Shown piece after piece: positions 58,205 through 64,000 of a DNA stretch of 64,000 nt. This stretch comes from Octopus vulgaris (taxonomy: Eukaryota), in the NCBI GenBank assembly GCA_951406725.2, contig OX597819.1:71238001-71302000 (forward strand). Reading direction: 5' to 3'. A program made the position numbers and the translations under genes. Every line of letters begins with the position of its first letter. Within the stretch, counting starts at the first letter, position 1. Below the pieces are notes generated by a model, which was not told the origin of the DNA, ran no database searches, and saw nothing but the letters and a program-made list of their open reading frames with translations.

Positions 58205-58919
58205 AAAGGCATTTTTTGATATGCTGGCCATTGATAAAAAATTTTTCCCGAAAAAAATTTTATCCTATATCAATTATATATATATATACATATATATATA
58301 AATATATATATATACGTTTAAATATTTGTTGTGCAAGATTTTTTATGTGAAGTCATGTGTTGAAACAGATATTGGTAGGAATAATGGTAATAACAATAAT
58401 AGTGGTAGTAGTAGTAGTGGTGGTGGTAATAGTAGAAGTAGTAATGATGGTAGTTGTGGTGGTAATAGTAATAATAGTAGTAGTGGTAATGGTGGTAATA
58501 ATAATAGGGAGGCTGATGATGGAAGCAGTAACGATAATGAAGATAACCCTAGAATGACCTTTGACATGTATACCCACCCCTTTGACACTCAATTCTTCAA
58601 CGGATGTGACAAAACTTACTGCATGAGCCGGATTTATCCAACAACATTACCCTTCAACAAAAGAATCTACATCCCTAGACATAATAATGACCACATGGAA
58701 GCACAGTTCACTATAGCTAGGACCAAACTTAGACAGATTTTAGGATTATACACTAAGAGACAGAGACAGAATAAGACAGAGGCCCAACAACTCGGGATTA
58801 AACCTGCATGTGGCCTACATAAGCTCATTCAGCGCACGAGGAACGGAGAGGTGGTATGCCATTTCACAGATAAGTCCGGCAGGATGTCAATAGACAGCTG
58901 ACCGAACTACATCCAGGCA

Positions 58920-60965
58920 ATGCAACCTCATATCGCCAATACAAAGATAACAACTGTACAGGCACATGAGGAGAGAGAAAAGGTCCTCAACGCCCACATG
59001 ATGATGTGGACAATTGTTCTGGGACCCCAGAAACGTACAGCAAATAATTTCCAAGCCTGGAACAATGATATCCCGGCACTGTATGGACTTCGCAAGGACC
59101 ATAAAATAATTACTGACCCTATAGCAGGACCACCAACAAGACCAGTCTGTGGAGCGAATATCGCTAGCAATTACAGAATCTCCTACTTCCTCTCAATGAT
59201 CATACGCCCTATAATCCGGATGTCACCTGATGTTTGCGACAGCACAGAAGATCTCCTCAGCAGGATCGATGACTGTAACAGCACTTGTGACCTGACAGGA
59301 TGTATGGTGGGTAGCATGGATGTGGTATCCCTATACCCATCGATCGACGTAGATTTTGCGGTGAAGTGCGTGGAGATGATCAATGAGAGCCAGGTGGAGT
59401 TCTGTAATGTCAACACAGAAGAACTGGGCCTCCTACATAGACTGACATGTAATACTGAATACTTAGATAAACATAATCTTAGTAGTTTCTGCCCCAGTAG
59501 ATGTTTAAGGGGTAGACCGCCCACAATTACTTCTATGGCTAGGAAGACACATATAGAAAGATGGCGCGGATGGACCAGAGCCATACGGAGCCCCGCAAAT
59601 GTCCATCAGATAAAGAAAATGATCGCACATGCACTAGGAGCTAGTATAAGAATTACCCTAAAAGGCCACAAGTTTAAGTTTAATAATAAAATATATGCCC
59701 AGGACGAGGGGGCAGCCATCGGCGTTAGTATCGCTGGTGATGTGGCCAACCTTTTCATGGTATGGTGGGAGAGAAGGCTTAAAGAACGCCGAACACAGAA
59801 CTCCATACTCGTAAACATGTACTCTCGCTATGTTGATGATATCAACATAGTGGTAAAGGCACCCCCACAAGAGAGTAATGTTGATATAGTAATAGAAACT
59901 AATACTATGGAGAGCATCCAGCAAATAGCTAACTCCATCCACCAGAGTATTAAGGTCACAATAGACTACCCCACTAAACACCCCAACCATAGACTACCAG
60001 TACTAGACACCGAACTCTGGCTAGAAATTGTGAATAATAAAACCCAAATCCTTCATTCATACTATGCCAAACCTATGGCCTCAAAATACTTGATCCACCG
60101 GAACTCAGCCATTGCGGACAATGCCAAATTCAATATTTTGATGGCAGACCTCGTCAGAATAACGAGAAATGTGTCATGCATGTGCGAGCCCACAGAGTTA
60201 AAGAGACACATACAATATTTCATTCACCGCATGCAGTTCTCAGGTTACAGCCATAAAGAAAGGATCAGAGTATACAAAGGAGCCATTAAGAAATTTGATA
60301 ATATATTATGTAATGATAGGAACGGTATTTGCCCACTCTATAGGAACAAGTCATGGAACACTATAGAAAGGACAAAAAAGAAAATAGGGAAGGCCAACTC
60401 TTGGTATGATAGCCATAAATACCAGAGTGTCATGTTCGTTGACACCACCCCTGGAGGTGAACTAGCGTATCGCTTTAGAAAGACCCTAGACAAACTTAAG
60501 CTAAGAATTAAGGTTGTTGAAAAGCCAGGCAACCCTATCAAATCTATAATTGGTAGAACCTATCATTTTAGTAGAACCCCCTGTACGGATAAGTACTGTA
60601 CTGTATGTAGATTTAGCCCACAAACAAACTGTAAAGCCAGAAATGTAGTCTATAGTATAAGATGTATAGAGGGACGATGCAGTAACAAGACAACGACATA
60701 CGTAGGGGAAACGGCAAGAAGCATAGGAGAGCGGGTAAATGAGCATTGGAGACAACTTAAGGAAGGTAAAAGCTCATCGATTCTGTACCAACACGCCGAA
60801 CAAGAACACGGGGGATCAATCAATAACATAGAAATTAAAATATTATCCACACATAGATCAGATGCAACAATTAGACAAATTACAGAAGCTACACGCATAA
60901 TAGAAAATAAACCTAGCCTGAATAGAAAACTAGAATGGAGCACTAACACACACCACAACATATGA
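58920..60965 (+). CDS. PLE reverse transcriptase + GIY-YIG endonuclease (681 aa open; frame continues upstream past one TGA)
   Basis: LYGLRKDHK, TRPV, SMDVVSLYPSI, YAQDEGAAIG, SRYVDD, LPVLD, CTDKYCTVC linker, VVYSIRC..C..YVGETARS..ERVNEH, HAEQEH, EA..I..KPSLN. Confidence 0.92.
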   Translation: MQPHIANTKITTVQAHEEREKVLNAHMMMWTIVLGPQKRTANNFQAWNNDIPALYGLRKDHKIITDPIAGPPTRPVCGANIASNYRISYFLSMIIRPIIRMSPDVCDSTEDLLSRIDDCNSTCDLTGCMVGSMDVVSLYPSIDVDFAVKCVEMINESQVEFCNVNTEELGLLHRLTCNTEYLDKHNLSSFCPSRCLRGRPPTITSMARKTHIERWRGWTRAIRSPANVHQIKKMIAHALGASIRITLKGHKFKFNNKIYAQDEGAAIGVSIAGDVANLFMVWWERRLKERRTQNSILVNMYSRYVDDINIVVKAPPQESNVDIVIETNTMESIQQIANSIHQSIKVTIDYPTKHPNHRLPVLDTELWLEIVNNKTQILHSYYAKPMASKYLIHRNSAIADNAKFNILMADLVRITRNVSCMCEPTELKRHIQYFIHRMQFSGYSHKERIRVYKGAIKKFDNILCNDRNGICPLYRNKSWNTIERTKKKIGKANSWYDSHKYQSVMFVDTTPGGELAYRFRKTLDKLKLRIKVVEKPGNPIKSIIGRTYHFSRTPCTDKYCTVCRFSPQTNCKARNVVYSIRCIEGRCSNKTTTYVGETARSIGERVNEHWRQLKEGKSSSILYQHAEQEHGGSINNIEIKILSTHRSDATIRQITEATRIIENKPSLNRKLEWSTNTHHNI

Positions 60966-61027
60966 CGATAGAGGATCCTGAAAACATAATAAATACACAG
61001 ATAAATAAACTAATAGAAATAAATAAC

Positions 61028-61058
<31 letters not shown>

Positions 61059-61410
61059 CTTTTTTTCAATTCAATTTATTATTATTATTACTAGTATCAT
61101 TGTTATACATACATACATACATACATACAAGCATATGTAATGATAATAATAGGTGGATGTAAACACATGAACAAAATAAGAATAAAAAAAAACCAACATA
61201 CAAATTACATGAACATATAAAATTACAAATTACATGAACATATATAAACAGAAGATACAAATATTACAGGCATCCCCCACATACACACACGAAATAAACA
61301 TAAACGCACATAGAGATATAAGCATGCGCAAATGAAGACATACAGTAGAAATACAAAATGGCTGACGGTTAGTAAGGAGAGACACAAATCAGAAAGAAGA
61401 AAACAAAGGA

Positions 61411-61450
61411 CCACTGATGCGGTCACAGGAGTGTGACGAAAGAACTCTGG
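61411..61450 (+). ncRNA. Hammerhead-like motif in the PLE 3' region
   Basis: cca-CTGATGc-g-gtcaca(ggag)tgtgac-GAAA-gaac-TC-tgg; one core substitution. Confidence 0.6.
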
Positions 61451-61473
61451 CCGAAATAAGATTAAGATTAATG

Positions 61474-61566
61474 TAAAAAATAAATAACACTGAAGCAAAG
61501 TAACACCAAATATATAGTGCGTGTGTTTTTATTGGCTAAACTGGCAAAATGACCATTCCGAAATAT

Positions 61567-61614
<48 letters not shown>

Positions 61615-61806
61615 CGTAAAGTATAAAAGCCATCTCAACATGGCCAACCACAAAGTGGGGGTGTTACTGTAGCTATTTAGCCCCAGGAGATCGACTAAAT
61701 AGCTACAGTAACACCCTCACTTTGTGGTTCGCCATATTGAGAAGGCTTTTATACTTTACGTTGTTGAGCGGTTACTGTTTACATCTCGCTCTGAGATTTA
61801 ATAATG

Positions 61807-61853
<47 letters not shown>

Positions 61854-62056
61854 AATGTGACCGCGTGTGTACTGTTGGCGATTTTTTTTCCTCTGTCTTC
61901 CCTTCTCTGGATCTTTCCTACTCCTATGTTTCCGACGAAGAGCTCCGCTCGAAATGTTAAACCCTCCTTCTTTCCTTCTTTCCTGAGCGTCCAATAATAC
62001 TATATTTGTTCCAAGTCCTCGCGTTGTTGTGTTCTTTTGTGCCTTCTTGTTTGGAT

Positions 62057-62101
<45 letters not shown>

Positions 62102-62258
62102 TGTTGTATTTCGGAATGGTCATTTTGCCAGTTTAGCCAATAAAAACACACGCACTATATATTTGGTGTTACTTTGCTTCAGTGTTATTTATTTTTTACT
62201 TTAAACTTAATCTTTAACTTGCTAAACTGGCAAAATGACCATTCCGAAATACAACAAT
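61474..62258. repeat. Nested inverted repeats
   Basis: 61474-61570 is inverted at 62101-62198, with a partial third copy at 62221-62258. Internal hairpin with 68-bp arms at 61613-61680 / 61695-61762. Confidence 0.85.
61928..61962 (+). ncRNA. Minimal hammerhead variant
   Basis: gttt-CCGACGA-a-gagc(tcc)gctc-GAAA-tg-TT-aaac. Confidence 0.55.
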
Positions 62259-62333
62259 ATCTGTTTAAACACACGACTTCACATAAAAAAAAACTTGCAT
62301 AACAAATATATATATATATATTTATATATACAC

Positions 62334-62423
<90 letters not shown>

Positions 62424-62820
62424 GTATATACATGTATATACATGTGCAAATGCTTAAAATTGTCTGTGTTTATTCTAGGTGATGTGTTGGAACTGCTTCC
62501 GTTTATACAAAAAGAACCGTTAGCTAGCGATCGATGTAATAAGTGTCTAATTAGAATAAGCACTGAGGTTGATCTGATCGCTGAAGTTCGTTGATGGCGC
62601 TGCTCCAATATAACCGCCATCCAACGAATTAACGATAGAATTGTATGTTCTATAATTTGTGCTCCAGCTTCACTGTGTTTGTGTGTTTGTTGAATTCACT
62701 TCTTCTACCATCCTAACTCTCCCTCCAGTATATCTTGTATCTTTTGTTTGAGTCATTAGACTGCAACCATGCTGGGGCACAACCTCGAAGAATTTTTAGT
62801 CGAATGAATCCACCCCAGTA

Positions 62821-62910
<90 letters not shown>

Positions 62911-62916
62911 ATTATT

Positions 62917-64000
62917 CAGTAGTTTTATCTTTATAGAGTGCTTTCACTTCACTACCGAGCACAGCTCTGTGTGCCTTGGGTATGTGCTGTGATTTGTTGT
63001 GATGCTCTGATGGTTATTGTATGGAAAGTGTTCTGCGTAGGATGTGTGCAGTGCCTAGTAGTGCAATTTTCTGTATGTTATATGTGTTTGTAAGTCCTGG
63101 TGTTTTTGTTATGTATTTGTCTGAATATTTTTTTATCATGCCTAATGCACCTACTATGATAGGAATTGTTTCTGTTTTCAGATTCCACATTCTAGTTACC
63201 TCTATTTCCAGGTCTTTGTATTTTGAGAGTTTCTCCATTTCTTTTAGAGACACGTTGTCATCAGCCGGTATTGATACATCAATTAGAAAGCATTTTTTTC
63301 TTCATGATCTCTGACAACTATATCTGGTCTGTTGGCCTTAATTTCTCTATCTGTGTGTATCGGCATATCCCAGAGTATGGTTGCTTTCTCGTTTTCTGTG
63401 ACCTTTTCTGGTGTGTGCCTATACCATCTTTTTCCTGTTGTTATTCCATAATGTTGGCATAGCTTCCAATGTATGTAGGTTCCAACTCTGTCATGTCTGT
63501 GAATATATTCCTTCTTAGCCAAGACTGGGCAGCTAGAGATAATATGATTTATTGTTTCTTGTCCAACTCCACATATTCTGCAGTTACTTGTAATATTTCT
63601 TTTCATTACATGTTTTTGGTAATTTCTGGTGGGGAGGCTTTGGTCTTGTGCTGCAATTAAAAATCCCTCTGTTTCTGCTTTGAGTCCTGAGCTTCTCAAC
63701 CATTGCTGGGATTTTTCTTTGTCTATTTCTTTTGCGTTTAGTTTAGTCCAGTATTTACCATGAAGGGGCTTTTCTTGCCATCGTTTTATCATGGTTCGTT
63801 GCTGTTCTATTTTTAGTTTGGATTTCATTTGTTTTATAGCTTTTGTTGTTTCTTCATCTTCTTCTTCTTCTTCTTCTTCATGTTTATTAGGTGGTATGAT
63901 TTCTTGTTTGTATTTGTCAGCTTCCTTAAATACTGAGAACAGTTTTTTGTTTTGCTCGTGTTTTGCCGCTATCTGGATCAGTTTTCCTTCCTTCTGAAGT
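62917..64000 (-). mobile_element. RLE LINE family A copy, runs off the window end
   Basis: ORFs 63283-63828 and 63014-63253 (CCHC knuckle, RPDIVV, KLSKYKDL); 3' end in (ATT)n. Confidence 0.93.

Larger units (their letters stand above)
58530..61470 (+). mobile_element. Penelope-like element with C-terminal GIY-YIG endonuclease (Neptune/Nematis-type), probably 5'-truncated
   Basis: RT + GIY-YIG ORF, upstream in-frame DKSG segment and downstream hammerhead-like motif. Both boundaries are approximate. Confidence 0.85.

Noticed and set aside
58326-58530. Gly/Ser/Asn-rich N-terminus of the 191-aa ORF as part of the PLE protein
   Set aside because: Encoded by degenerate (GTA/GTG/ATA)n repeats; probably flanking sequence in frame by chance.
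58920-60965. Telomerase, group II intron or bacterial retron/DGR RT
   Set aside because: C-terminal GIY-YIG with CCHH-type residues and the upstream DKSG motif indicate a Penelope-like element.

Overview
Repeat-dominated animal DNA with no recognisable host gene. The SINE families, dense (TA)n/(AAT)n/(TATC)n/(CATA)n microsatellites and LINE mix suggest a cephalopod, probably Octopus (inference). Most ORF-track entries are microsatellite translations. All real coding signal is mobile: two families of restriction-like-endonuclease (RLE) LINEs of R4/Dong type sitting in (AAT)n; a decayed CR1/L2-like LINE; RTE remnants; a nearly intact Penelope-like element (PLE; RT + GIY-YIG, 58.5-61.5 kb); an ORF1-only L1/Tx1-like element with a perfect 16-bp TSD; Tc1/mariner remnants and MITEs. 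The clearest hidden layer is RNA structure. About 14 minimal type-I hammerhead-ribozyme motifs, intact or decayed, lie in short and mostly unrelated non-coding units, often as fold-back inverted repeats in microsatellites. One of them appears joined to a tRNA-type Pol III promoter. All folds were read by eye, not computed.
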